From Psychrobacter cryohalolentis K5 (lineage in GTDB: Bacteria; Pseudomonadota; Gammaproteobacteria; Pseudomonadales; Moraxellaceae), in contig NC_007969.1 in NCBI RefSeq assembly GCF_000013905.1, forward strand, positions 2,490,001 to 2,522,000: a stretch of DNA of 32,000 nt. The letters are read 5' to 3'. The stretch's first letter is position 1. The number at the start of each line of letters is the position of its first letter. Of this stretch, positions 1-9,152 are shown piece by piece. The notes under the pieces are model-generated. The model was not told the DNA's origin and made no database searches. It saw only the letters and a program-made list of their open reading frames with translations. A program made the translations under genes and the position numbers.

Positions 1-453
1 AAATCCATTATAAGGACGTAGCTCTGCCCATTTATCGTCAACTTTGACACGTACCGTACGTACAATCCTGATAAATTTCTTTGAAGCATCCTGTTCGCAA
101 AAACCTGCTTGCAATAACAGTCCTACAAAAGGCGCAGCACTGCCATCCATAATAGGTATCTCTGATGCCGATACACGAATTAATAGATTATCAACGCCAA
201 GTCCCGCTATCGCGCTGAGCAAGTGCTCAACCGTACCGACACGTGTACCACCAAACACCAGATTAGATGACATCATGGTATCTTGTACCAAAAAGGCACT
301 GGCAGGAATTGGCGTGCTGCCAGTAATATCAGAACGCTCAAAGACGATTCCAGTATCGATTGGTTGCGGATGAAATTCTAAATCAACAGGTTGACCACTA
401 TGAAGACCAGTACCTGTAACAGCAATTGCTGTTTTTATGGTTCGTTGATTCAT
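1..453 (-). CDS. lpxC: UDP-3-O-acyl-N-acetylglucosamine deacetylase LpxC, N-terminal 151 codons; the gene continues past the left edge
   Basis: Not in the ORF track because it is open-ended. ATG at 451-453 on the minus strand. My translation is MNQRTIKTAIAVTGTGLHSGQPVDLEFHPQPIDTGIVFERSDI...VGTVEHLLSAIAGLGVDNLLIRVSASEIPIMDGSAAPFVGLLLQAG...KKFIRIVRTVRVKVDDKWAELRPYNGF. It is collinear with the E. coli LpxC N-terminus (TVEHLNAALAGLGIDN, EIPIMDGSASPF, KWAEFKPYNGF). Its position directly after ftsZ matches the canonical dcw order. Confidence 0.9.
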   Translation of the reverse strand, partial: MNQRTIKTAIAVTGTGLHSGQPVDLEFHPQPIDTGIVFERSDITGSTPIPASAFLVQDTMMSSNLVFGGTRVGTVEHLLSAIAGLGVDNLLIRVSASEIPIMDGSAAPFVGLLLQAGFCEQDASKKFIRIVRTVRVKVDDKWAELRPYNGF

Positions 454-752
454 GACTGTCTTCTCACATATTTTGTTACAATTGCCATAGTGTATCATTA
501 CCCGAACCCTGTTCGCTAGCGATAAAAAGCGTTAATTTACCTATCTCTTTGATTGATAACACTTATCGAAGCATTATTATCGGTGACTGTTTAGTCGCAA
601 TCACCAACAGAAGGCTATGAAATATCGGGCTTTGAAAGGCTTCATCTCTTGAAAATACCGCCTAAATTGGTATGAGTAGGTAACATTTTCTGATAAATAG
701 GAATAACCAATATATAAGTAGTTGGTGAACAGCAGAGATTATGAATAGGCAC

Positions 753-785
753 AAAAAAGCCAGCGCTTGAACACTGGCTTTTTTA
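753..785 (-). terminator. Intrinsic terminator downstream of ftsZ, with A/T runs on both sides so possibly bidirectional
   Basis: AAAAAAGCCAGCG-CTTGAA-CACTGGCTTTTTT. The 8-bp stem is 758-765 / 772-779; its single mismatch becomes a G.U pair on the minus-strand RNA. A U-run follows on the minus strand, 27 nt after the ftsZ stop. Confidence 0.6.
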
Positions 786-811
786 GAGAGCAATATTTAT
801 ACGAATGATAT

Positions 812-2008
812 CTATTTGTTCTGCTGACGCTTTAGATAATCTTGAATGCTATTGGTCTTAGTTTTAGTCTGTTCAGGCACAGTATTAGAGCGAATTGGGT
901 TTTCTTGATATTGAGCTTGAGACTGTTTTTGACTGTTCAAGGCACTAGTATGCAAGTTTGGATCAACAGGTTGCGTACTATTTACAGAAGGTACAGGTTG
1001 CTCAACCACTTCAGGCTCTTCACCAGCGTTTTCATCCAAGGTTAAACCAGTTGCAATAACGGTAACATGCAAATCGTCGCCCATTTTTTCATCAATCACT
1101 GAGCCATAGAAGATATGCGCTTCATCGATATCAGTAATTTCTTCGACAATCACACTGATCTTGCTCATCTCATCTAGAGATAAGGATTCAGATGAAATCA
1201 CGTTGACGAGTAAGCCTTTGGCATTCTCTAGGCGCAAATCATCAAGTAATGGCGATCTAATGGCTTTTTCAGTCGCTTGACGCGCACGATCATCACCGCT
1301 GGCACGACCGATACCCATCATCGCATGGCCCTTAGCGGTCATTGCGGTACGGATATCGTTAAAGTCAATGTTGATCATACCTTCGCTAGCGATGGTCTCT
1401 GCAATACCTTGGACTGCATGCAATAGCACATCATCTGCTTTTTTAAAGGCATCTTGCATAGAGATGTTGCCGTAGACACTCATCAACTTATCATTTGGAA
1501 TCGTAATGATAGAATCTACAAAGTTAGTCAGCTGCTCGATACCCGCTTTGGCAGCCTTGATACGTTTTCCGCCTTCAAATTTGAACGGCGTGGTGACTAC
1601 AGCAACGGTCAATACTTCCATTTCTTTGGCAATACGCGCTACGACTGGTGCAGCACCAGTGCCCGTACCACCACCCATTCCAGCGGTGATAAAGACCATA
1701 TCTGAATGCTCAAGCAGTGCACGAATTGCTTCTTCGTCACTTTCTGCTGCTTCACGACCTACTTCTGGATTCGCTCCTGCACCAAGACCACGGTTGGTTT
1801 TTGCGCCAAGTTGTAACTTATGCGGTGCGGTCAAACGATCAAGCGCCTGTTTGTCCGTATTGGCACAGACGAATGTTACACCTCTAATCCCTTGCTGTAC
1901 CATATGTTCAACTGCATTACCGCCACCGCCGCCTACACCGAATACAGTGAAGCTTGCTTGGCCATTATTTTGAAGCTGATTATCATCTGGCATGGTGTAT
2001 TTTGACAT
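812..2008 (-). CDS. ftsZ: Cell division GTPase FtsZ (398 aa from the preferred start)
   Basis: Tubulin signature GGGTGTGAAPVVA and the N-terminal FGVGGGGGNAV motif are present. The Q/N-rich C-terminal linker ends in a conserved-peptide-like IQDYLKRQ. I prefer the ATG at 2006-2008 (MSKYTMPDD...), which is preceded by GGAGAA 8 nt upstream. The track ORF extends to 2065 with no SD. Confidence 0.96.
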   Translation of the reverse strand: MSKYTMPDDNQLQNNGQASFTVFGVGGGGGNAVEHMVQQGIRGVTFVCANTDKQALDRLTAPHKLQLGAKTNRGLGAGANPEVGREAAESDEEAIRALLEHSDMVFITAGMGGGTGTGAAPVVARIAKEMEVLTVAVVTTPFKFEGGKRIKAAKAGIEQLTNFVDSIITIPNDKLMSVYGNISMQDAFKKADDVLLHAVQGIAETIASEGMINIDFNDIRTAMTAKGHAMMGIGRASGDDRARQATEKAIRSPLLDDLRLENAKGLLVNVISSESLSLDEMSKISVIVEEITDIDEAHIFYGSVIDEKMGDDLHVTVIATGLTLDENAGEEPEVVEQPVPSVNSTQPVDPNLHTSALNSQKQSQAQYQENPIRSNTVPEQTKTKTNSIQDYLKRQQNK

Positions 2009-2193
2009 AAAAAAGTTTCTCCAGTTGCAGATAGCGTGATGGTCGATACGTGGTAACACACGCATATGGCGCGCTATCGACTTACTATATATAAATGTAT
2101 TTGATTAAAACAGGGCCATGGCTTAAATAGTAATGCTTAACCAAGATATGCCGTTATTATACAGGGTATTGCTTTTAATATGCTTGCTTGGTC

Positions 2194-2240
2194 TTGCTGA
2201 CAAACCGCTTATCTAATTACGGTAAGTAGATTGTCAGCAG
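2194..2240 (-). repeat. Inverted repeat (hairpin) in the ftsA-ftsZ spacer
   Basis: TGCTGACAA (2195-2203) pairs perfectly with TTGTCAGCA (2231-2239). An inner ACCG...CGGT pair lies in the 27-nt loop. It starts 14 nt after the ftsA stop and no U-run follows on the minus strand. Confidence 0.5.
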
Positions 2241-2253
2241 GATTATAGGACAA

Positions 2254-3546
2254 TTATAATATCTTTTTTAGTACACTGGCAAAACGTTGACCAGCACTTT
2301 GAAAAACACCCGTCACACGATTTTTTTGAATCGCTTCAGGCTCGCTTTTTTCACTGCGCCGAAACTGCTCGCTTTGGCTATATAGTAGTGTACCAAATGC
2401 CGTTTGATAAGCCCGATCATTAACCTGAAGATTCAGCTGCTTAAATGATTCATCATTATCAAAATGATTATAAGCACTAATCGCAGGATGCGTATTGGTT
2501 AATACCACTGGCATTTTTAATAGTTTTTTCGCAAACGGTATCATGCCTTTAATCGCACTACCGCCGCCTGTGAGCACAATGCCCTTATCAATATAGCCTA
2601 ATAAGTCCGCTTCATGTAACTGGCGTACTACTTCAGTGAAAATCTGCACGTAACGGGCTTCGATAATACGCGCAAGGTTATAGATACCAATGTTGATTTC
2701 ATCACCTGACCCTTGCGGTTTAAATAGGAAAAATGAGCTTGGATCTACGCTGTTCACATCCACTGTACCATGCGATTTTTTCAGCTTTTCAGCCTCTATC
2801 ATCGAAATACCAACGTCTGCTGAAATATCCATCGTCACTTCATGACTACCCGTTGCGATACAATGGGTAAAAATCAGCTTATTTTCTTTATAAACGCAAA
2901 TACTTGTGGTGCTAGCACCTATATCTACCAAGCAAACGCCTTGTTGGCGCTCTTCGCTCATCAAGCTATATTCGGCACTGGTTACCGCATCGAAGACAAT
3001 ATGATCAATACCCACATCACAGCTTTGCAATAGTTTTTGTATATTTTGACGACCAGCAACTGGCATCATCATCATGTGATACATCACAGCTATATTGTGC
3101 GCCACCATATCAATGGCATCATCAACCATAAACTCTTGGTTATCGATATAAATACCTTGCTGACAACAATGCATCAAATAATAGTCAGATGACAAATCTT
3201 GCGATTTGGCATTTGAGAGTGCTTGCACCATATCTTTAGCACGAACGAATTCATCTTCTACTCTAACATCGCCCGCACTATTTTTGCTCAATAGCTCAGG
3301 AGTTGCCAGCGTAAGCCAGACACTATGCACACGGCAATTAGCGGTATCTTCCGCTTCTTGAATAGCCTGTTTGATAGCGCCTTGCAAGCGTTCGCGATGC
3401 TTGATTTGACCTTGATAAAAGTCGCTATTTCTAACTTGTCCCACACCCATAATACGGATGTCTTTTGCAGACACAACACTACCAATGACGACATAAACTG
3501 CCGTGGCACTTAAATGGACAACAACCAAATTTTCAGTATTTTTCAT
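2254..3546 (-). CDS. ftsA: Cell division protein FtsA (actin-like ATPase), 430 aa from the preferred start
   Basis: The N-terminus MKNTENLVVVHLSATAVYVVIGSV...IRIMGVG parallels E. coli FtsA (LVVGLEIGTAKVAALVGEV...IIGVG). The motifs VCLVDIGASTTSI and GIVLTGGGSAIKG are the actin-fold phosphate and adenosine motifs. It sits between ftsQ and ftsZ. The track ORF begins 16 codons earlier at 3594. Confidence 0.95.
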   Translation of the reverse strand: MKNTENLVVVHLSATAVYVVIGSVVSAKDIRIMGVGQVRNSDFYQGQIKHRERLQGAIKQAIQEAEDTANCRVHSVWLTLATPELLSKNSAGDVRVEDEFVRAKDMVQALSNAKSQDLSSDYYLMHCCQQGIYIDNQEFMVDDAIDMVAHNIAVMYHMMMMPVAGRQNIQKLLQSCDVGIDHIVFDAVTSAEYSLMSEERQQGVCLVDIGASTTSICVYKENKLIFTHCIATGSHEVTMDISADVGISMIEAEKLKKSHGTVDVNSVDPSSFFLFKPQGSGDEINIGIYNLARIIEARYVQIFTEVVRQLHEADLLGYIDKGIVLTGGGSAIKGMIPFAKKLLKMPVVLTNTHPAISAYNHFDNDESFKQLNLQVNDRAYQTAFGTLLYSQSEQFRRSEKSEPEAIQKNRVTGVFQSAGQRFASVLKKIL

Positions 3547-3698
3547 GGTACCAGACAAATTATCGCTAAACAGGAGAACAAATGATGTCTCCATTAAATC
3601 ATTAAAATAAGTCTATTATCAGCTGATAATAGCGTATGTATACTCTGTATAAAAAATAAAGCAGACAAGTTTAGCGTGTTGGCTACTTTATATATTAC

Positions 3699-4526
3699 TT
3701 ATAGAGGTGCTTCAGTTGATGGTTTTTCGTTTACGGGTGTGTCATTATCTTTTGGCACTGCTATATTCCATGCAATCGTAAATCCATTTTTGTAACGAAG
3801 ATCTACTGATTGTATCTCATCACGGCGGTTTTTTAATTGATTACCCAGCAGCTGGCTTAAGTTTAGTAGCTTTTGTGCTGTATTCTCATTATCAACGATA
3901 ATACGTAACCCATTATCAAAACGAATCAGCCACGTCATTCTTGGCGACAAGATAATATCTTCAACTTGTAAGCCAAGTGGGGCATACCAGTCATTGACTT
4001 GCTGCATCTGTTGCATAATAACCGGCGCTTGAGTCATATTGCCTTGCAAAGTTGCAAAGTTCTCTTGCGTTAAATCTCTACTATCAGCAGGGACAAACAC
4101 ATTGCCTGTTGCATCCACTAGACGCTCAGTACCAAAATTTGCGACTGCTTGCTTAGGCAATACAGTAACTACAATACCTTTTTGCCAGTCACGACTAATA
4201 CTGACTTGATCAACCCAAGCCAAACCAGTGGTAATATCTCTCAGCGCTTGCAAATCAGAGGTGAAAAAGCTGCTCACACTTTGCTGATTCATGACATGCT
4301 GTAGCGCCCGATATTCGGCAACCGTCAATCCTTTATGATCGACATGAATAGCTGCTGGAGGTGCGTCACGTAAAGCCTTACCGCCCATTATCAATATCAG
4401 CACTAATAACCCAAGCACCAATACGGTAAAAAAGTATCTAACCGCAGTAGGTACTTGAAAGTTTGATTTTGGGTGACGGGTTTTATCACTCATCAAGTCA
4501 GCGACGTCATTGACAGTTTGAGCCAT
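3699..4526 (-). CDS. ftsQ: Cell division protein FtsQ (bitopic, POTRA-containing)
   Basis: The layout is a short cytoplasmic N-terminus, one TM helix (YFFTVLVLGLLVLILIMGG) and a periplasmic domain of FtsQ size. It is immediately upstream of ftsA in dcw order. Sequence similarity to FtsQ is weak, so the call relies mostly on topology and synteny. Confidence 0.85.
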   Translation of the reverse strand: MAQTVNDVADLMSDKTRHPKSNFQVPTAVRYFFTVLVLGLLVLILIMGGKALRDAPPAAIHVDHKGLTVAEYRALQHVMNQQSVSSFFTSDLQALRDITTGLAWVDQVSISRDWQKGIVVTVLPKQAVANFGTERLVDATGNVFVPADSRDLTQENFATLQGNMTQAPVIMQQMQQVNDWYAPLGLQVEDIILSPRMTWLIRFDNGLRIIVDNENTAQKLLNLSQLLGNQLKNRRDEIQSVDLRYKNGFTIAWNIAVPKDNDTPVNEKPSTEAPL

Positions 4527-5032
4527 ATTAAACTTCGTCCCTATATTTAATCAAAATAATCTGTATATTTCATACATTCGATTCATATTTACGTAAATCG
4601 AGGATTTTTTTTATTTATGCAAAAGCGCTTATCACCTTAGTAGACGTAAAATCCACTTAATAGATATGCTATCAATTCGTAACTTTAAATGGCAATATAA
4701 AGTGTGCTTATCGGCCTTTAAATGTAACATTTCTCTTATTTAATGAAGGACTTACCAAAGCGTTGTATAACTATCACCAAAACCACTAGATAGTTACAAT
4801 ATTAACGCATTTTACCTTCAAACAATAGCCTAACCCCTACTACTACTAACGAATTTACACAAGTTTACACGAAGCTGTGGTATAGCAGCTATAGCGATAC
4901 ATTACGAATAATGAGAAGCTACTATTCAACAATGATAAATAGTTTAAATAACTCATTTATTGAAATAATCACTCTTGTATAATTACTAAGAACAGCTTGT
5001 TGTATATAGGCAGTGACTTATTTAATAAGGTG

Positions 5033-6178
5033 TTACACCGTTTGCGCCAAAATATGCCAGCACAAGCTCTCGAAATCCATGCCACGAGCTTTGGCTGCCA
5101 TGGGTACCAAACTATGACTGGTCATGCCCGGTACGGTATTAATCTCAAGTAGCCAAAAGTTGCCCGCTTCGTCTTGCATCGCATCGATACGTCCCCAGCC
5201 TTTTGCATCAACGGCACGAAACGCCGATAAACTTAGATCTTGCAAATGCTTTTCATCCGCAGCACTTAAACCACAAGGGATATAGTAGCTGGTATCGTTA
5301 CGATTATACTTGGCTTCGAAATCATAAAAATTGGTGATATCCGCAGGCTCTAGGCGAATGACAGGATAAGCTTCATCATCAATGATAACGATAGTAAACT
5401 CGCGACCAGTTATCCAGCGCTCCGCCATCACTACATCGCCACATTGTACGGCGGTTGCATAGGCAGCAGGAAGCTCATCAAGGTTATTAACCTTAGTCAT
5501 ACCAATGCTTGAGCCTTCATGAACAGGCTTGATAATCAGGGGTAGTCCTAACATATTAACCACCTGCTGCCAGTCGGTATCAGCGGTTAGCAGTGAAAAC
5601 GGTGCAGTCGATAATCCGCAGCCTTGCCACAGCTGTTTGGTACGTACTTTATCCATACCAAGTGCTGACGCTAAAATACCTGAGCCGGTTTGAGGAATAT
5701 CAAACCACTGTAGCACGCCTTGCAGCAGACCATCTTCGCCACCCCGACCATGTAAGACATTAAATACACGATCATACTGACGTAGTTCAGTAATGTCTTG
5801 ATGCTTAGGATCAAAATGCGTGGCATCAACCCCTTGGTTTTGTAGTGCTTGCAATACAGCTGCACCGCTGTCTAAAGACACGCTACGCTCATTACTATTC
5901 CCACCGTAAATGACAGCAACTCTACCAAACTCATTCCCCTCTTTTACTTTACTTTCTTTAATAGCGGGTAACGTATTAGCGCTTTGGCTATTGTTATTTA
6001 CTTTATCCTGCTCTGCTTGTGCAGCAGCTGCTAAAGCTGTTTCTGGATTGATAATAGGGGCAGTGTTATTTTGAACATTGCCTTTAATGTTGTTGTTACT
6101 GTTATCTGTAGCGTTTTGCTCAACATTAACGCCATCTTCATCAATATTATTATTTTCTTTAGTATTATTCATGGTCAT
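5033..6178 (-). CDS. ddl: D-alanine--D-alanine ligase with an N-terminal low-complexity extension of about 82 aa
   Basis: From residue about 86 (RVAVIYGGNSNERSVSLDSG...) the protein is collinear with E. coli DdlB (KIAVLLGGTSAEREVSL). ATP-grasp motifs are present (FNVLHGRGGEDGLLQG, LEINTVPGMTSHSLVP). The ATG at 6176-6178 is preceded by AGGAG 8 nt upstream. Confidence 0.93.
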   Translation of the reverse strand: MTMNNTKENNNIDEDGVNVEQNATDNSNNNIKGNVQNNTAPIINPETALAAAAQAEQDKVNNNSQSANTLPAIKESKVKEGNEFGRVAVIYGGNSNERSVSLDSGAAVLQALQNQGVDATHFDPKHQDITELRQYDRVFNVLHGRGGEDGLLQGVLQWFDIPQTGSGILASALGMDKVRTKQLWQGCGLSTAPFSLLTADTDWQQVVNMLGLPLIIKPVHEGSSIGMTKVNNLDELPAAYATAVQCGDVVMAERWITGREFTIVIIDDEAYPVIRLEPADITNFYDFEAKYNRNDTSYYIPCGLSAADEKHLQDLSLSAFRAVDAKGWGRIDAMQDEAGNFWLLEINTVPGMTSHSLVPMAAKARGMDFESLCWHILAQTV

Positions 6179-6219
6179 TGTTAGTGCTCCTAATATTTTT
6201 AAAGCAATGCTTCTAAGGC

Positions 6220-7659
6220 TTATTTGATATAAAGATTATTGGCGGCGAGATCGATAGCTATTTGCCCGACATTACCCGCGCCTTGGGTGATCAGCATATC
6301 ACCTGCTTTCAATAATCGCTGCATGACAGGGGCAATATTATCTTTATCTACTATCGTTGGCTCGACGGCACCGCGCAAACGTATACTACGTGCTAAGGCT
6401 TTGGTGTCCGCACCAGCGATAGGGCTTTCACCAGCAGAATAGACATCCAACAATAATAACTCATCAACACTTGAGAGTACTTCGACAAAATCATCGAAGC
6501 AGTCACGGGTACGGCTGTAACGATGAGGCTGGAACATCATGACTAAACGACGCTCAGGGAAGCTTTGACGCGCCGCTTTGATGGTGGCATCAACTTCTTT
6601 TGGATGATGACCATAATCATCAATCAGCAGCACATTACCATCATCTATCTCCACAGAGGCATGTTGCTCAAAACGACGACCAACCCCTTCAAACTTCTGT
6701 AGCGCACGGGTAATTGCAGCATCATCGACGCCTTCATCAGTCGCCATAGTAATGGCTGCAAGCGCATTGTAGACATTATGCACGCCCGGAATATTCAGTG
6801 TCAGACGCAATGGTTCATGATCACGACGTAGTACCGTAAAATGGGTTTTTGTACCTTCGGTGACCAAATCAACGGCTTGTACATCATTAAATGGCTCAAG
6901 ACCAAAGGTCAAGACTGGACGCCCAATATCATCAATCATCGCGTACAGCTCAGGATCATCACCGCAGACCACTGCCAGACCATAAAACGGCATGTTTTGT
7001 AAAAACTGAATATAAGCTGCCTTTAATTTATCAAAACTATTGCCATAAGTTTCCATATGATCTTGATCAATATTGGTGACAATTGCCGCCATCGGATGCA
7101 ATGACAAGAATGAGGCGTCAGACTCATCAGCCTCGGCAATTAGAAAACGACTGCTACCAAGCGCGGCATTTTTACCCGAAGCATTAAGCTTACCGCCAAT
7201 CACATAAGTAGGATCTAAATTGCCTTCTGCCATCATAGTGGTCAGCAAACTGGTCGTGGTGGTTTTACCATGCGCCCCAGCAATAGCAATACCGTGACGA
7301 TAACGCATCAATTCACCAAGCATATCCGCACGGCGCACTACCGGAAGACGTGCTTCGAGTGCTGCTTTTACTTCGGGATTGCTACGATCGATGGCAGACG
7401 ATACAACGATGACATCAGCATTGGCAATGTTTTTGGAATCATGACCGATAGCAATATCAATACCAATCTGCGCCAAACGTTTGGTCACTAAGCTCTCAGT
7501 AATATCAGAACCACTGACTTGATAGCCTTGATTATTCATAACCTCAGCAATACCACACATCCCCGAACCACCAATACCAATAAAATGTAAATGCTGAATA
7601 CGGCGCATTTCTGGTATTTCAATCAAACGTTTGGTTAAGGCTTTAGCAGAGGTTGGCAT
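6220..7659 (-). CDS. murC: UDP-N-acetylmuramate--L-alanine ligase MurC
   Basis: [36 protein letters not shown] matches the E. coli MurC N-terminus almost residue for residue. The Mur ligase P-loop [10 protein letters not shown] is present. The gene lies between murG and ddl. Confidence 0.97.
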   Translation of the reverse strand: MPTSAKALTKRLIEIPEMRRIQHLHFIGIGGSGMCGIAEVMNNQGYQVSGSDITESLVTKRLAQIGIDIAIGHDSKNIANADVIVVSSAIDRSNPEVKAALEARLPVVRRADMLGELMRYRHGIAIAGAHGKTTTTSLLTTMMAEGNLDPTYVIGGKLNASGKNAALGSSRFLIAEADESDASFLSLHPMAAIVTNIDQDHMETYGNSFDKLKAAYIQFLQNMPFYGLAVVCGDDPELYAMIDDIGRPVLTFGLEPFNDVQAVDLVTEGTKTHFTVLRRDHEPLRLTLNIPGVHNVYNALAAITMATDEGVDDAAITRALQKFEGVGRRFEQHASVEIDDGNVLLIDDYGHHPKEVDATIKAARQSFPERRLVMMFQPHRYSRTRDCFDDFVEVLSSVDELLLLDVYSAGESPIAGADTKALARSIRLRGAVEPTIVDKDNIAPVMQRLLKAGDMLITQGAGNVGQIAIDLAANNLYIK

Positions 7660-7728
7660 AAGGTTTTCTCTTTTTATAAGACGGATAAAATATAGTAAGG
7701 CAAAAATATCAGGTATTTATTTGTTTAT

Positions 7729-8814
7729 CTACAAAGCTTGCCAGATAATATTGGCAACGTGCTGGCAGGCTTGGCGATTGGCAAGCGCATGACCTTTTTT
7801 TGCCATCTCTAAGCAAGCAGGTCGATCAAGGGCTGCAAGCTCTTCACTCAAGCGTTTGGGCGTCAGTTCATTTTGCGGTAATAGAATCGCCGCTTTATGT
7901 AATGTTAACGTCCGCGCATTCGCTGTTTGATGATCATCAACTGCACTTGGTAATGGTACAAAGATCGCGGCAATACCCACATTTTGGATTTCAGTAACGG
8001 TCAACGCACCAGCACGGCAAACAATAATATCTGCCCAGTTATAAGCTGCTGCCATATCATCGATAAATGGCTGTACGGTAAACTTGTGCATACTCAAATC
8101 TTGCTCATCGTAAGCTGCTTGTGTGGCAGCCTCATTATTACGCCCGCATTGGTGACGTACCTCAAACGGACTTTCTATTAACGCCAGTGCTTTTGGCACG
8201 GTCTCATTTAGCACTTGTGCACCCAGTGAGCCGCCAACCACTAGCAGTTTTAATGCTGAGCAGTCATTTATATCATAACGCGCTATAGGTTCAGCAACAC
8301 CAGTAATCGCATTACGTACTGGATTACCAACTGTTTCAAGTTTTGCATCAAGCTGACTATTGCCAAAGGTATTTTCAAACGCTTGCAAGACTTTGGTCGC
8401 CATCTTCGCTAAGTAGCGGTTACTCATGCCAGCAATGGCATTTTGCTCATGGATAATAAGCGGTGTCTTGGTCAAACGGGCTGCTATACCGCCGGGTGCG
8501 CTGACATATCCGCCAAAGCCAACCACTATATCAATATTATTACCACGAATGATTTTGATCACTGCCATAGTCGCAGAAAGCAATGTAACTGGCATTTTAA
8601 GCAAACGCCCAATCCCTTTACCGCGTAAGCCTTGCATCTCAATCGCATGAAAAGGATAACCGGTTGGCGCCACCAAACCATTCTCCATACCGTTTGGTGT
8701 GCCTAACCAATGAATCATCGCACCGCGCTTAGTCAGTTCTTCACTAACCGCAAGTGCTGGAAATACATGCCCGCCAGTACCAGCAGCCATCATTAATATG
8801 TGCGGTGTCTTCAT
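7729..8814 (-). CDS. murG: Undecaprenyldiphospho-muramoylpentapeptide beta-N-acetylglucosaminyltransferase MurG
   Basis: The N-terminal MMAAGTGGHVFPALAV glycine-rich loop and the C-terminal VVCRAGALTVTEI plus DDHQTANA motifs are typical of MurG. It is immediately upstream of murC. Confidence 0.97.
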   Translation of the reverse strand: MKTPHILMMAAGTGGHVFPALAVSEELTKRGAMIHWLGTPNGMENGLVAPTGYPFHAIEMQGLRGKGIGRLLKMPVTLLSATMAVIKIIRGNNIDIVVGFGGYVSAPGGIAARLTKTPLIIHEQNAIAGMSNRYLAKMATKVLQAFENTFGNSQLDAKLETVGNPVRNAITGVAEPIARYDINDCSALKLLVVGGSLGAQVLNETVPKALALIESPFEVRHQCGRNNEAATQAAYDEQDLSMHKFTVQPFIDDMAAAYNWADIIVCRAGALTVTEIQNVGIAAIFVPLPSAVDDHQTANARTLTLHKAAILLPQNELTPKRLSEELAALDRPACLEMAKKGHALANRQACQHVANIIWQAL

Positions 8815-8963
8815 GAAACGCCTGCCTATCTTTTTTGTATTGATATGAAGGACTTATTGTCCTATAGCCATCTTACTCATCGGGTCATTAGAGCTGTTTA
8901 AAAGCCCGCATAGTATAGTGTAAATCGTGGTCTGATATATAGTCATTTCTGCCCGACCAATAA

Positions 8964-8998
8964 CAAAAATCCAAGCCGTGAATAATCGCGACTTGGCT
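8964..8998 (-). terminator. Candidate intrinsic terminator downstream of gshB and upstream of murG
   Basis: The minus-strand RNA reads CCAAGUCG-CGAUUAUUCA-CGGCUUGG followed by AUUUUUGUU. The stem is 8971-8978 / 8989-8996 with one G.U pair. It lies about 155 nt after the gshB stop. Confidence 0.45.
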
Positions 8999-9152
8999 TT
9001 GGTAAATACCGCGAAATCGTTATCAAAACGCTAGTTCCCTGACGTTTTAACGATCTATGTTAGCACAACTATTTTCACTCATTGTGCCAGTAGATGAGCA
9101 TTACATTACTCTATCCTTACAGCTTATTTAACTAACAAACTTTAGCAGCCTA

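Noticed and set aside
44-373. 109-aa plus-strand ORF from the track, with a TTG start
   Set aside because: It lies entirely antisense to a sequence that translates cleanly as the LpxC N-terminus on the minus strand. It has a non-ATG start, no SD and an odd composition, so I treat it as a shadow ORF.
1506-1973. 155-aa plus-strand ORF, with neighbouring ORFs at 842-1045, 1454-1705 and 1820-2005
   Set aside because: These are antisense to ftsZ. The A/P/S-rich translation is typical of the reverse frame of a Gly/Ala-rich gene, and there is no independent support.
2009-2065. Upstream extensions of track ORFs relative to my preferred starts: ftsZ 2009-2065, ftsA 3547-3594, DUF4105 15061-15129, lipoprotein 17634-17702, RNase-like 22880-22906, miaB 25996-26019 and LysE 28369-28371
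   Set aside because: The track opens each ORF at the most upstream possible start, including TTG and GTG. Downstream ATGs give better SD spacing, a proper signal peptide, or alignment with the known N-termini of the families. These start choices remain unverified predictions.
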